In this document: one piece after another, positions 1 to 11,423 of the stretch
Layout: each line of letters starts with the position of its first letter
Position numbering within the stretch: position 1 is the first letter of the stretch
From: Asterias rubens
Lineage: Eukaryota
DNA: 64,000 nt
Direction: 5' to 3'
Assembly: GCF_902459465.1 (NCBI RefSeq)
Contig: NC_047067.1
Coordinates: 17,422,001-17,486,000 of the forward strand
Notes under the pieces: generated by a model
The model's database searches: none
The model's input: the letters and a program-made list of their open reading frames with translations, nothing else
Told to the model about the DNA's origin: nothing
Position numbers and translations under genes: made by a program

Positions 1-323
1 AACCTTACTTGGTGACGAGTAATGGGGCGAGGTTGATAGTATGAAACATTGTGAGAAACGGCTACCTCTGAAGTAATGTAGTTTTCGAGAAAGAAGTAAT
101 TATCCACGAATTTGATTTCAAGACCTCCAAATTAGATTTTGATGTCCTGAAATCAAGCATCTGAAAGCACACAACTTCGTTTGACAATGGTGTTTATTCT
201 TTCATAATTATACGACCAATTGAGCTCAAATTTTCACAGGTTTCTTATTTTATGCATATGTTGAGATACACCAAGTGGGAAGACTGGTCTTTGACAATTA
301 CCAAAAGTGTCTAGTGCCTTTAA
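1..323. mobile_element. TTAA-flanked MITE, Kolobok-like family 1 (left end cut off by window edge)
   Basis: Ends in ...AATTACCAAAAGTGTCTAGTGCCTTTAA, matching the TIR of the clean copy at 57125-57508; internal sequence is shared with about 9 other copies in the window. Confidence 0.8.
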
Positions 324-751
324 GCAATTAAAGGTAGAGTCAAAGATTGGTAACTTCTTCAAAAGTTAATGACCCCAAGTTACTTGATTGTGAAACAGCC
401 CAGGTTGTAATTGGGTAGACTATTTTGAGAAAGGATCCCCTTAGAACTAATATGGTTTGGATATTGATTCTGAAAAGTGATTCATGCATGAATTGTTTCT
501 CCTATTTCTGAGGGCTGGTGTATGTTTGTGAATGCTGCAGCCGGAAATGCGTTGGTCACCTCACTAAACAATGGATTTATTCAATGTTTTTGTGAAAATA
601 CCAGTGAGTTTTTACTGTTTCTCAGCAAGCAATCACTGTAATCAGCTGAGACTTTTACTGATGACCTTTACTGTACCTTTCTTAATAAATATGCATATTA
701 AGTCAGTATAACATCATGTACATTGACAAAACCCAATCTATGACCCGACCT

Positions 752-1131
752 TTAAAAGCACTGGACACTATAGGTAATCACTCAAAATAGTTGTTAGCAT
801 AAAAACTTACTTTGAGCTGTTTGTAGTATAAAACATTATGAGAAACGACTCCCTCTGAAGTAACGTAATTTTGCGAGAAAGAAGTAATTTTCTACTAAAA
901 TATTCGAATTTGGTTTCAAGACCTTAGAATTAGATTTTGAGGTCCTGAAATAAAGCATCTGAAAGCACACAACTTCATGTGACAAGGTTTTTTTTTTTCA
1001 CTTAATATCTCACCACTTTGACGACCAATTACGTTCCAATTTTCACAGGTTTGTTATTTTGTGCATATGTTGAGATACACCAAGTGAGAAGACTGGTCAT
1101 TGACAATTACCAAACGTGTACAGTGTCTTTT
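752..1131. mobile_element. TTAA MITE family 1 copy
   Basis: Starts TTAAAAGCACTGGACACTATAGGTAAT; internal sequence as other family copies; degenerate right TIR. Confidence 0.8.
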
Positions 1132-1424
1132 ATCATTTCTCAAACAGTCTTTCCCAAACTTAGTATGCCGGTTATGCACAAAAGGTGCTTTAATTTAAAA
1201 TATATAATTTTTTATTTGTTTCTTTATTAATTTGTCCTTTATTTAATTTATTATTATGTTTCAGTTTATATATTCTTTTTGGTGGTGTGTTGGTGTGATG
1301 GGGGGGGGGGGAGGGTAGACTCCCTTCCCCTCCCTCCACTAGCTGGTTACGCCACTGGAAACATAAAAAGAAATAACGGGAAATTATGTGCTAACTTGTT
1401 AAAATAATTACTTGAGTCTATCTG

Positions 1425-1653
1425 GGCCCATTATGCATGGCTTTGCTTTTGCTTACCGCCTAAATCTGCATTCGCGATCAACATTCTCCGTTTGCGCTAG
1501 TTGTGTAAGCGTAGGGCTAGCAATGTGGGGTGCGAGTGCGCACAGCAAAAATTCCCTGCTAACCAATGAAATATGCGTGATGTTTGTGCAGAATTCCCTG
1601 CTTCTGCAAGCGCCAATTATTTGCTTTTGGTAAGCAGAGCCATGAATCGGCCC
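1425..1653. mobile_element. PIF/Harbinger-like MITE (GGCCC TIR, CTG target duplication)
   Basis: TIR GGCCCATT..GCTTACC / GGTAAGCAGAGCCATGAATCGGCCC flanked by CTG on both sides; related copy at 45077-45324 has CAG/CAG. Confidence 0.6.
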
Positions 1654-2659
1654 CTGTTGTAGTCAATATTTTGTTCCGTCCACCAATTGGTTCATGCTAC
1701 ATAACAACAAATTTTGTGCTTTTTTGTGAATACTTATTTTACAATTTGTTATTCTTTTTTATTAAGTTATATTCCTTGTAACTTATTTGCTGTGGTACCC
1801 CTTGTACACGCCTTGAAAAAGACGTGAATCTAGTTTTTCCGCAATTAGGGTTGCTGCAAATCAATGTCTATAGTTGTGAATGAGTTGTCGCACTGAAATC
1901 GTTCGATCCTTACTCTGGTTTACATCTTATTCTTTTTTTTTAGTACATTTAGTAATTTATATTAGCCTGGTTCTTCCTGTCTGCTGCTGAAAAACCAACC
2001 AATGTTGTACATTTTTAATTGTAGCACTGACAGGTGACCAGGCTAGCAGTCATATTTTTCAAGTATTTTCTAAATTATCTCTAATCCTTGAAAATTGAGG
2101 AGTAAATAATAAAAAAATATATGAAAAACAAATTATATGTCTCGTTTATTAACAAGTCTTTGGTTTTTATTTTTCAGTATTGCTTTAGGCAGCTGTAGTG
2201 AATGACTTCAAAGAAATGTATTGCATAAGTAGAGGCTAACGTGTGATACAAAACTTGACTACTTGAAATAAAACAGTAGATATAAATGAATTTTAACTGT
2301 AACTTGTAGTCATGCAAATGAGTGATGCAGCAAACACTTGTTGTGTAAAGGCAGGTTGTTCTTTTGGTAACTGTAAAATACCAGCACCATGCATGCATAA
2401 AATAACCTGAAGCCTCTCTCAGATTTAAATTTGTGGGTGAAAAAATTGTCCCTTTCTTTAAAACTACACTGTTTTATAATATTAACAGCTCTCCAATGCT
2501 CTTTACCAAAATATGTTTTTTATGATCATTAACTTTTGCCTTTGAGAATTATTCAGTGGGTTTTTATTTATCTAGCTTTCATTAAAAAAAAAAAAGGGTT
2601 CACCAAGTTTAATGGGAAACAAAAAGTTTTTCAGTGCACAAAAGACTCTTGGGGGGTTA

Positions 2660-2836
2660 AGCCGACCCCCGCCCCGTCGTCGGAGCGCGCCATCCAAACT
2701 CCCAAACTATCCTATCTTTGTCGTTGAGGGCAGTCTCTTCATTGTAATGATTTTGCAAATAAAGTGGAGATTGTTTCCTGCGTTCTGGTGAACGTCTGCT
2801 CCATTTTACTGCATTACTTCGAAACCTTTGCGAAGA
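2660..2836 (+). promoter_or_regulatory. PSMB2 proximal promoter / 5' UTR (CpG-enriched)
   Basis: Local CpG/GC enrichment (GCCGACCCCCGCCCCGTCGTCGGAGCGCGC) immediately upstream of the ATG at 2837. Confidence 0.5.
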
Positions 2837-2927
2837 ATGGAGTTTCTGATCGGTATACAGGGAGATGGGTTCGTTTTGGTCGCTTCAGATATGACTGCTG
2901 GGCGCAGTGTTTTTCTTTTCAAGCATG
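2837..2927 (+). CDS. PSMB2: PSMB2 exon 1
   Basis: ATG at 2837, [30 protein letters not shown], donor G|GTAAG at 2928. Confidence 0.95.
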
Positions 2928-5900
2928 GTAAGAGCTAAAAATGGTATAAATAAATCCTCATGTCATCAGTAAAGTGGTGGAGCTGTGACCGTATAGTCGT
3001 CTATTTCCGACATAGAATGTCTTTTAAATAAAACCTAATCACATTTCCGCGGCATTGGATATAACTTGTTTATTTTGAAAAGTTAATTATTGTTGAATGA
3101 AAGAACACCTAAGACGTGCTGAGATCATCGAGCATGAATTGTTTGGCTTTGCTTTTTGAATTTTGGATTTGTTTGAATTTGGTTTGGACTGTTGTTGTGT
3201 TGTTTGTTTTGTTTTTCTCAACAATGTTTGTTTGTGTGTGTTTGGACTTGGAGAGTTAACATTAGTTGCGATAACGTAACCCTCCTCCCGACGGCCGCCA
3301 GGTCGGAGGGTTACGAGATTCCTTTGAGCGGAAACGGTTGATCTTGATCTGGTCCAACACGTACTATTTCGACAGCTAGTCACCAGATTTGCCCCATTTT
3401 TACCACTTTCAAAAATCATGACACAAATTCTGAGGGTACAAACTTAATCCGTAATGTCTAATGCAGCCTGCCATAATACTCAAAACACCATTTAGAAAAT
3501 AATTCGAGGAAAAATGGACAAAAACTTACCAGATTCCAGAGCGAAATCCCAGGTTCATATTTTGAACCTGTCGCATCGCTTTGTAAACGCATTATTTTGT
3601 TGTTGGGCTAAACCATTCTGTTACAATGTTGCAGTGCTACAGTGCGTGCGCGCCATTATGAGTGAACGGCGTGCAATGCAAACGGACAGCACGCACACGC
3701 ACTGCAACATTGTAACACCCCTATTACAGAAAGGTTTAGCCCAACAACAAAATAATACGTTCAAAATAAGTTAACATATGCAAAGCTTGATATATTACTG
3801 CAAAAGAATTATTTTTACGCCTCAGTCAAACCTACCTCCATGGTCAAACTATAGTCAAACTCCAGAGCATCCTTACCTAACCTTGCTCTATCATGTATTG
3901 TATGGTCAAAAAGGACAAAGCAGGGCTGTTCAGTCAATGGATCAATTAATTGCATTTTTTGTTAAATTCTATTTTATAGCATGTTTAGTAGATTCATGTG
4001 GTCACACTAAAAAAGCTGACCAGTGATGATGACAACTGCCAAAGTCACCTGGAAGTGGTATTTTTTAAAAATAAAGCTTTTGTCACTAATTTGATGAGTG
4101 GAATGTGAAAAAACAGTTAACTAAGGTTTTAAAAAATCAGGTCCTATGTTATTTACAAATTAGTAGACCCCGACCCGAGAGAGCGCTGTTCGTGATGTCA
4201 ATCGAGGCAGGCTTTGCCTGTAATGCGTAGAGTAAACACAATTGCAAAGTACATGTACGGACCAAGTCGTGAGTTTGTACTTTTCAACAACAAAAAAATG
4301 TTTTTTTTCCCGGCAATGCCGACCAGGTGTATTGCTGCTGAATGCAGAAAAACACTTTTTGAAATGTACCAACTCACGACTTGGACGACATGTACTTTGC
4401 ACGTGTGTTTACTATACGCATTGCAGGCAAAGTCTGCCTCGATTGACGTCACAAAAGGGGTAGGCGGAGTCAGCCCCCCAAACAATGTTATATATTTTGT
4501 AAACATATAAATCGTGACAAACAATTACTAGAAAAATTGTTTTATTGTTCGTAAGCATATACTCTTATGTTTGAAAGAAAAAAAATTCTATTTCCAGGTG
4601 ACTTTAAATGCACTTTCAAACAATATTTGAACAAAAATAAACAGTATGTGTAAGAGTAATAATAAAATATGTATCCAAATTACCTTCAATCTATTGAAAA
4701 AGTTTTATTTTTAACTGTAAAAAAAAGGGTTTTTATTTAATATTACCACGATTTAGTAACAAAAAGAAGCGTTTGCCATGATGCTACTACTGGAACGCAC
4801 TTGGACAATACCATATGAATTGAGTTGGTTCAAGGGCTAATACATTTTTTTTTACTGCTGTTTTTGTTGGTATAGAGCAAGACAACTTACTGATCTTAAT
4901 ATACACTTTATTGATACAAAAAGTTCAGTAACGAGTGGATGATCCGAAGGCGTTGATGACAGCCTGGCACTTTCTTCTCATGCTGCACACAAGTCTTGTG
5001 ATGCGCTGATGATGAGGGATGGCGTTCCATTCTTCATTAAGGAACCTGGTTAGGTCAGCCACAGTTGATGTGTTGGTGGTTCTGGCACGGACAGCGAGGC
5101 CAAGCTGGTCCCACAGATGTTCCATCGGATTCAGGTCTGGACTGTTAGCGGGCCAAACCATCCGGTGCACCCCAACATTTTTCAGGTAGTCAGTCACCAG
5201 TCGGGCTCGATTGGGGCGAGCGGTGTCATCTTGAAAGATTGCATTTGGTCCAAAGTCTGCAAGTATGGGACTGCATTCGGCTGTAGAATATCGTCTTGCA
5301 AATACCCATCAAACAAGGTGTTTTTCATGAGATGAGGGTAAATTATTGTGTCCGATGAGCTCACTGGTGCAATTCATTGTGTAAACCATTAATGGTTCTG
5401 AAAAGCTTGATCGGTTTGATTAATGAGCATTACCTATTGACCATTCACAGACAACGGTAATTTTGGCACATTTGGTTTGTGACTTTGCCTCATTGTTATG
5501 CATGTAGCCAAGTTCAGCAACATGTAATCATTGCAAATGTGATATAATTTTAAAGAGGAACAGTTCAGTTTTGCATTGATATATACCATATACACAGAGA
5601 GTATTAAATAATAACAAATATACTGGATTGAAAAAAGTTTCCTTACTTTTTGTGAGCAGTTTATATAAAAAATGTTGGGGTGCACCAGATGGATTGGCCT
5701 GCTAACAGTTCAGACCTGAATCCCATGGAACATCTGTGGGACCAGCTTGGCCTCGCTGTCCGCGCCAGAACCACCAACACATCAACTATGGCTGACCTAA
5801 CCAGGTTCCTTAATAAAGAATGGAACGCCATCCCTCATCATAAGCGCATCACAAGACTTGTGTGCAGCATGAGAAGAAGGTGCCAGGCTGTCATCAACGC

Positions 5901-8900
5901 CTTCGGATCATTCACTTGTTACTGAACTTTTTGTATCAATAAAGTGTATTAAGATCAGTAAGTTGTCTTGCTCTATACCAAACTTCTTGTCTCAATAAAG
6001 TGGATTAAGATTCAGTAAGTTGTCTTGCTTGTTTGAATTACAGTGTCAATTTGATTGTTCACACAGTAACACAAAATTGCTAATTTTGGCACATTTGATT
6101 TGTGACTTTGTCTCATTCTCATTAACGTGGTCAAGTCCAGCAACATGTAATCATTGCAACTGTGGTATCATTTTAAAGAGGAACAGTTCAGCTTTGCATT
6201 GATATATACCATATACAAAGAGAGTATTAAATAATGACAAATATACTGGATTGAAAAAAGTTTCCTTACTTTTTGTGAGCAGTTTATAACACTAAAGTTT
6301 TTAACACTCGGGTAATTGTCTTCATTTACTGTAGATCAGGAAAAGATGTTTAAGCTTAGTGACAAACTACTGATGCTGTGCGCTGGTGAGACAGGAGACA
6401 CTGTGCAGTTTGCTGAATATATACAGAAGAACATCCAGCTATACAAGATGAGAAATGGTAAGATCATATGTAGACACCTTCCAGTGTCAAGTGACAACAG
6501 TGAAAATAAGTTTGTTAACTATGCATATCTGTTCAGGCATGTCCTCCCAAAACACTGAATTTAAGTACAGAACAATTATTTTACAATGTAGTAAACAGTG
6601 GAGTGGCCAAGTGGTCTACTGGCACTGCAATGAAAATGATTCCAGGTCTTGTCAGAGTGTGGGTTTGGGTTCTGCCGTCGGTTACACCAAACTCTTCCTA
6701 ACTTAGGATGGTGCTTGTCTAACTGGAGGTCTGTATTGTTGTGAATAATTTTGTGCTATGTAACTAGCCGCTGAACTTGACGTCGCGAGTGTTTGAAGTT
6801 GGAGTTCACCCAACACGGCAGTTACTGAGCTTATAGTCATGCATAATAAATAGTGCAGCTCGGCATTGGATGGCTGTGACTTTCCTGATGTGTGTGTAGA
6901 TCCCAGACTGGACTGCAGTATTCAATGTTTGGACGAACTAAACTCTAGTAGGCCTGGATTTTGACTTTGCGGGGGGGGGGGGGGGGGGGGGGGGGGATGA
7001 CTCCAAGCATCCCATTAGCGGTAAGATTCAAGATGAGTTGTCATTATTACCATCTAGTGATTTGTATTGTGACATCATAAATTGTATCTTAAATTCACAG
7101 GGTATGAGCTGTCCCCACATGCAGCAGCAAACTTCACAAGAAAAAATCTGGCAGACTTTCTCAGGAGCAGGGTGAGTCTTTTAAGAGATTACTTATAAAT
7201 CCAGATGAATCTGTCAATTAGGCGAAGAAACAAATAATGGAAAATTTGTTTTGTATAAGTCCACAACAAGAAGCTAAGTGAACAATAGGTTGTATAGTAG
7301 AAAAACATGCAGTCAATCAGGAAATGTTTGAAATTAGCAGTTTTTGTTTATCAGTTTAGTTACAAGAAATAGAAATGTTTTTGTTTGATTTTGTTTTGTT
7401 TTGACCTTATATAATACTAGAGCTGTGATTCGGTAACTTTCTGATTTCTATCTCAATAAACTGTATTATTTTAACTGCACAACTATTCAACATTACTGAG
7501 GGGGTACTTGTCAGAGTTACAGGGCAGTACCAAAAACTATTTCCAAATACCATTGTCTAAACCTTATCTCTTCTAACTATTGTTTTCAGACACCATATTC
7601 CGTCAATATGTTAATAGCAGGCCACGATGACCAGGACGGCCCGTCATTATATTTTATGGACTACCTGGCATCCCTCAACAAGGTCCCTTATGGAGCACAT
7701 GGCTACGGTGCAATGTTCTCACTCAGTATCATGGACAGACATTATAGGAGAGGTGAGGAACCAGACTACATTGGCTTGGACTATCATCATCTTTTACAGT
7801 ACAGAAACGAATTTGAGAAAAAAAATATCTCAGTGCAAAGATTTATAATTGTGTCTATTCTATCTGCACGATGAGAAAAATTATTAATAATGATTATAAT
7901 CCAGTATTTGACCATTCGGCACCAGTGTGATTTAAACACTGTTGACTGGTGGAGTGCCAAGGCGGAGCTGTGTAGTGCACTAGACTTAGGTTTTTTTGGT
8001 AAATTTCAGGGTCTGGGTTTGATGCCTGGTCAAGGCACTTGTGTCCTTAAACAAGACTCTTTACTCGCCTGTGATCACGGATGTGATATTAACTATGTCC
8101 TATTCTAGAGCAGAGTTCTTGTAAGCGTTTTTAGTGACAAGATGCCAGAGTAAAATGCCTGTGGATGTGTTTCCTCTGGATTCAGGGACAGCACTGAGCA
8201 CACGGTGCTTCTCACTCATTGGTGTCAGGTCAAATCCAAAATAATAACTTCTTGTTTTTTCCATCCATGTCTCAGACTTGATTCCTTTTTTAATTAATAC
8301 TCCTTTATGACCCTTTTTGTTGTTCACATTGGCAGATATCAACCAAGAGGAAGCGATGGATATTCTGAAGAAATGTTTAGTGGAGGTAAGTTGACAGTTT
8401 TATTGGGAGGGGGGAGGGGACTAAAGATGTGAGTGGGCGTGCTCTTAATATACAGGAATAAGCACAGAGTTTAAAACAATGGTAAACTTGTTGCTGTGCT
8501 CATGAAAAATATTGTCCCTAACCCTAGCAGTGTCAGTGTTCCTGTGCCGATAATACCAGATCAAACTTGTTGACTGTGTGTTGGCGAGGTCGATTGAATA
8601 AGACATTTGTATTGGTTTAAACTTGCCATGTGCGGATGACCTTTGTGAAAATTCAAGTTTTAGAAATCAGTTATGAACTTGGCAGTCATTGTTTCTTGAA
8701 TTGTTCTGTGGGATTTCTGTAAGAAAGGGGGCAATTTACAGATTAAAATGCATGCCATTACCCATATACATAGAGAGCATTACATTTAGCAATTTATGGT
8801 TAAGCAGCAATATGGTTAAAAGTATAGTCATGTATTTATAGGAGAATGTATACAGAAAGATATAATAAAAGTCACTTGGATAGTTTCAGCTAAATTCAGT

Positions 8901-9410
8901 GATATACGTACTTGTTGAGAAAACAGTAAACTGTCACGGTATTTTCACAGGAATTTTTAATACATTTACCAACCGCATCTCTGGCTGCAGCATTCCCGAA
9001 TGAACACCAGCCATCAGAAACCCTGAAAAACGATTGAATAAATCGTTTTTTTTATTCAAATGTTTTGGGGTAAATTTTTTTAGCAATTAGTTATCTTTAC
9101 AAGGTTTCAGTCCAGCAGATATGAAGTACTTCTGTTTTTCAGCAGATATGAAGTCCAGCAGATATGAAGTACTTCTGTTTTTCATTAATAACAAAACGGA
9201 ACGACAATAAAAAGCATAAATGTTGTGAATTAAATAGGTTTAAGTATTTAATTTAAAAGTGACGTTGAATCTGTACTGATCTACTTTTTATGTTTCACTT
9301 CTGTAAAGGTACAAAAGCGATTTTTGATCAACCTGCCTGCATTCCAAGTCAAAGTTGTAGATAAGGATGGTATTCACTCCCTACCAGTCATCGACGCAAA
9401 AACTCTCTGA
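2837..9410 (+). CDS. PSMB2: Proteasome subunit beta type-2 (spliced gene, 6 coding exons, 199 aa)
   Basis: join(2837..2927,6335..6457,7101..7171,7590..7752,8336..8385,9309..9410) = 600 nt, all GT-AG. Protein [18 protein letters not shown]...[21 protein letters not shown]...[12 protein letters not shown]...AHGYG...KRFLINLP is recognisably PSMB2. Confidence 0.97.
4041..4607. mobile_element. Non-autonomous Kolobok-like DNA element with THAP-like N-terminal remnant
   Basis: TIR AAAGTCACCTGGAA.. / TTCCAGGTGACTTTAA; internal + strand peptide [14 protein letters not shown] resembles the start of a THAP zinc finger. Confidence 0.5.
4867..5340 (-). pseudogene. Tc1-family (DD34E) transposase C-terminal remnant, inverted
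   Basis: Minus-strand translation [42 protein letters not shown] has 34 residues between D and E and the WPxxSPDLNPxEHLW Tc1 motif; frameshifted upstream. Confidence 0.9.
5458..5665 (+). repeat. Extra copy of Tc1 right terminal repeat
   Basis: 208 bp direct repeat of 6081-6288 ending ...TTTTTGTGAGCAGTTTATA. Confidence 0.8.
5668..6288 (+). mobile_element. Tc1 element 3' end (transposase tail, 3' UTR, right TIR, TA)
   Basis: ORF 5680-5925 [19 protein letters not shown]...[12 protein letters not shown]; AATAAA signals; TIR ends GAGCAGTTTA-TA. Confidence 0.9.
6335..6457 (+). CDS. PSMB2: PSMB2 exon 2
   Basis: TAG acceptor; (D)[40 protein letters not shown]; donor G|GTAAG. Confidence 0.97.
7101..7171 (+). 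CDS. PSMB2: PSMB2 exon 3
   Basis: CAG acceptor; (G)[23 protein letters not shown]; donor G|GTGAG. Confidence 0.97.
7590..7752 (+). CDS. PSMB2: PSMB2 exon 4
   Basis: CAG acceptor; [54 protein letters not shown]; donor G|GTGAG. Confidence 0.97.
7930..8090 (+). mobile_element. Degenerate tRNA-derived SINE fragment
   Basis: Decayed A/B-box-like head followed by GGCACTTGTGTCCTTAAACAAGACTCTTTAC, similar to the SINE core at about 39055. Confidence 0.4.
8336..8385 (+). CDS. PSMB2: PSMB2 exon 5
   Basis: CAG acceptor; (D)[16 protein letters not shown]; donor G|GTAAG. Confidence 0.95.
9309..9410 (+). CDS. PSMB2: PSMB2 exon 6 (last coding)
   Basis: AAG acceptor; [36 protein letters not shown]. Confidence 0.95.
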   Translation, partial: VQKRFLINLPAFQVKVVDKDGIHSLPVIDAKTL

Positions 9411-10457
9411 AGTCTGATGGATTAGCTTATTCAAAATAAAAATGCAGACCATTATTTGTGACCAGCTATCTTGATTGTACCTAAAACAATCCATGGCATG
9501 CAGAGTAGCGATCTTCCCTAGAATTGGGGGGGGGGGGAGGTGCCTTTCCAAGTGTTTTTTATAAACAGCTAGGGTTTTGAATTGCAATCTAGGAGCCATG
9601 GTAATTGTAAGATGAAACCTGTTGTATTTGAGATTTAAAATGTACTGTAAACAAAGAAATGTTGTCTCCAATTCACTTGTGATCTTGTCAGGGTGAATGA
9701 AGTTAACTATTGACTTTGAATTTTATGCATTTGGATGAACCACCCGTCTTCAGCGCATGTAATGTTACCTGATGTTAACTAATGTTAGGAAGGACACCAT
9801 TTTGATTTGGGCGGGAACGTACATACTTGTACCTTTATTGTAGTCCATAAGTTAAAAAAAAACAATCGTAAATCATAGGTGTTGTTTTTCCTCGCAAAGC
9901 TGGCATTTCTGGCAATACTACAATGTATATTGCTTTGTTTTGACTTAGGCAGGGGATATTAAAAATGTATAAATAATTTACTTTTGGAATTTTGCAGTAG
10001 AACCCTTGCAAAGTACATTAATACAAATTGTATCAGTTGCTTCTAAAAAATCACCATTTTCTAGTGTTCACAAAAATATGTTCAAGTCTAAAAACTGAAG
10101 TCCTTTTTCTTTAGAGTTGCTGACAAAGCTGAACACTTCAGTGTGTATGACAGTTTTTTTTATGAGTTTCCAGAACTTATTTCTATTTCCGAGCAAGTTC
10201 TAAGCCTCAATTTTGAAAAGGTTTCCAGTGAAATTAACATAAGAATTAAATTCAAGAAAGTGTGACTAAAATGTTCTCAAACTTTCAAGCATCCAACTAA
10301 AGCGTCTGTAAGAGATGTTTTGTACTTCTATGAAATGGTTCAAATAAAACAGGAGTGTTTTCTTTTCTCAATCGTTATCGTGTGGTTCTACTTCTGTCAG
10401 ATTTGTGTGCATTTCCTTTGTAGTTTTTCTTCTGTTTCGTTGTCTTTTGCTTTGTTT

Positions 10458-10810
10458 TTAAAGGCACTGGACACTGTTAATTACTCAAAACAATTGTAAG
10501 CATAAAAACTTACTTGGTAACAAGCAATGGAGAGCTGTTGATAGTATAAAACATTGCCCCCCCCCTGAAATAGCGTACAATATAGTTTTTGAGGAAGCTA
10601 AAATAATATTTGAATTGATTTTGAGACCTCAGACGAGGTCTCGAATTCAAGCATCCGAAAGCACACAACCTGTGCGACAAGGGTGTGTTTTCTTCCTTTG
10701 TTCTCTTGCAACCTCGACGACCAATTGAGTCGAAATTTTTCACAGATATGTTATTTTTTGCACGAAATGCACCAAGTGAGAAGACTGGTCTTTGACAATT
10801 ACCAAAGGGA
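10458..10810. mobile_element. TTAA MITE family 1 copy (right end degenerate)
   Basis: Starts TTAAAGGCACTGGACACTG; internal family sequence. Confidence 0.75.
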
Positions 10811-11179
10811 TACATTGTGGTATTACTTATAAATCAAAGAAAGCATTAAACAGGAGGCCGGTATGGTCAACAATAATGGATTAATGGAAGTTTATTTTGC
10901 TTGACAAACTCCTGCGCATATACATAAGATTCTTAAAGATCATTTGGAATGGTATGTGTTGAGTGCGGACAAAATCTCATCTAATCATTTGCACCCCTTC
11001 AATTGGTGTATTTTTGTCTTTTTGGAATTTCAGACAAATCTATGCTTGTCTCTTATGCCTCATCATTATGAAGATCTTTTCTGACAACATTTTACTTTAC
11101 TTCAGCTAGCCTGAGCCAGTCTGCTTCTAGCATTGATCTCCATACTGAAGATCAATAGATGGGTTTTTTTAGCTGTCAA

Positions 11180-11385
11180 AAATGCAAGGCTAGTCGGCGT
11201 CAAAAAAAGCCACAGTGATCAAGTGAAGCACGCCCTCTAGTGGTCTACAATAGTTTGGCTTGTAAAGGCAAAACAGCTAGCTGATCGATCATCACATCAC
11301 ATTACACAACATATCGTTCACGATCACACGTTCGACACGAAGATTGAATCTTGAACAAATAAATCACTAGTAAAGAGAGGTGAAG
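11180..11385 (+). promoter_or_regulatory. SMPD2 promoter / 5' UTR with CTCF-like motif
   Basis: CpG-enriched segment upstream of ATG 11386; 11229-11244 is the reverse complement of ACCACTAGAGGGCGTG (CTCF consensus-like). Confidence 0.45.
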
Positions 11386-11423
11386 ATGGTGATACAACTT
11401 CGTGTTTTAACTTTAAATTGCTG
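11386..11423 (+). CDS. SMPD2: SMPD2 exon 1
   Basis: [12 protein letters not shown](W); donor TG|GTAAG. Confidence 0.92.

Noticed and set aside
6971-6996. Poly-G run as a regulatory G-quadruplex (also about 1300, 9527, 41100)
   Set aside because: Such G/C runs are frequent here and associated with MITE fragments; run lengths are unreliable and there is no positional signal.
10510-10815. ORFs of 60-100 aa here and at 1018-1230, 34157-34532, 37403-37754, 46114-46540 and 57141-57349
   Set aside because: All lie within high-copy TTAA MITEs and have no protein motifs.
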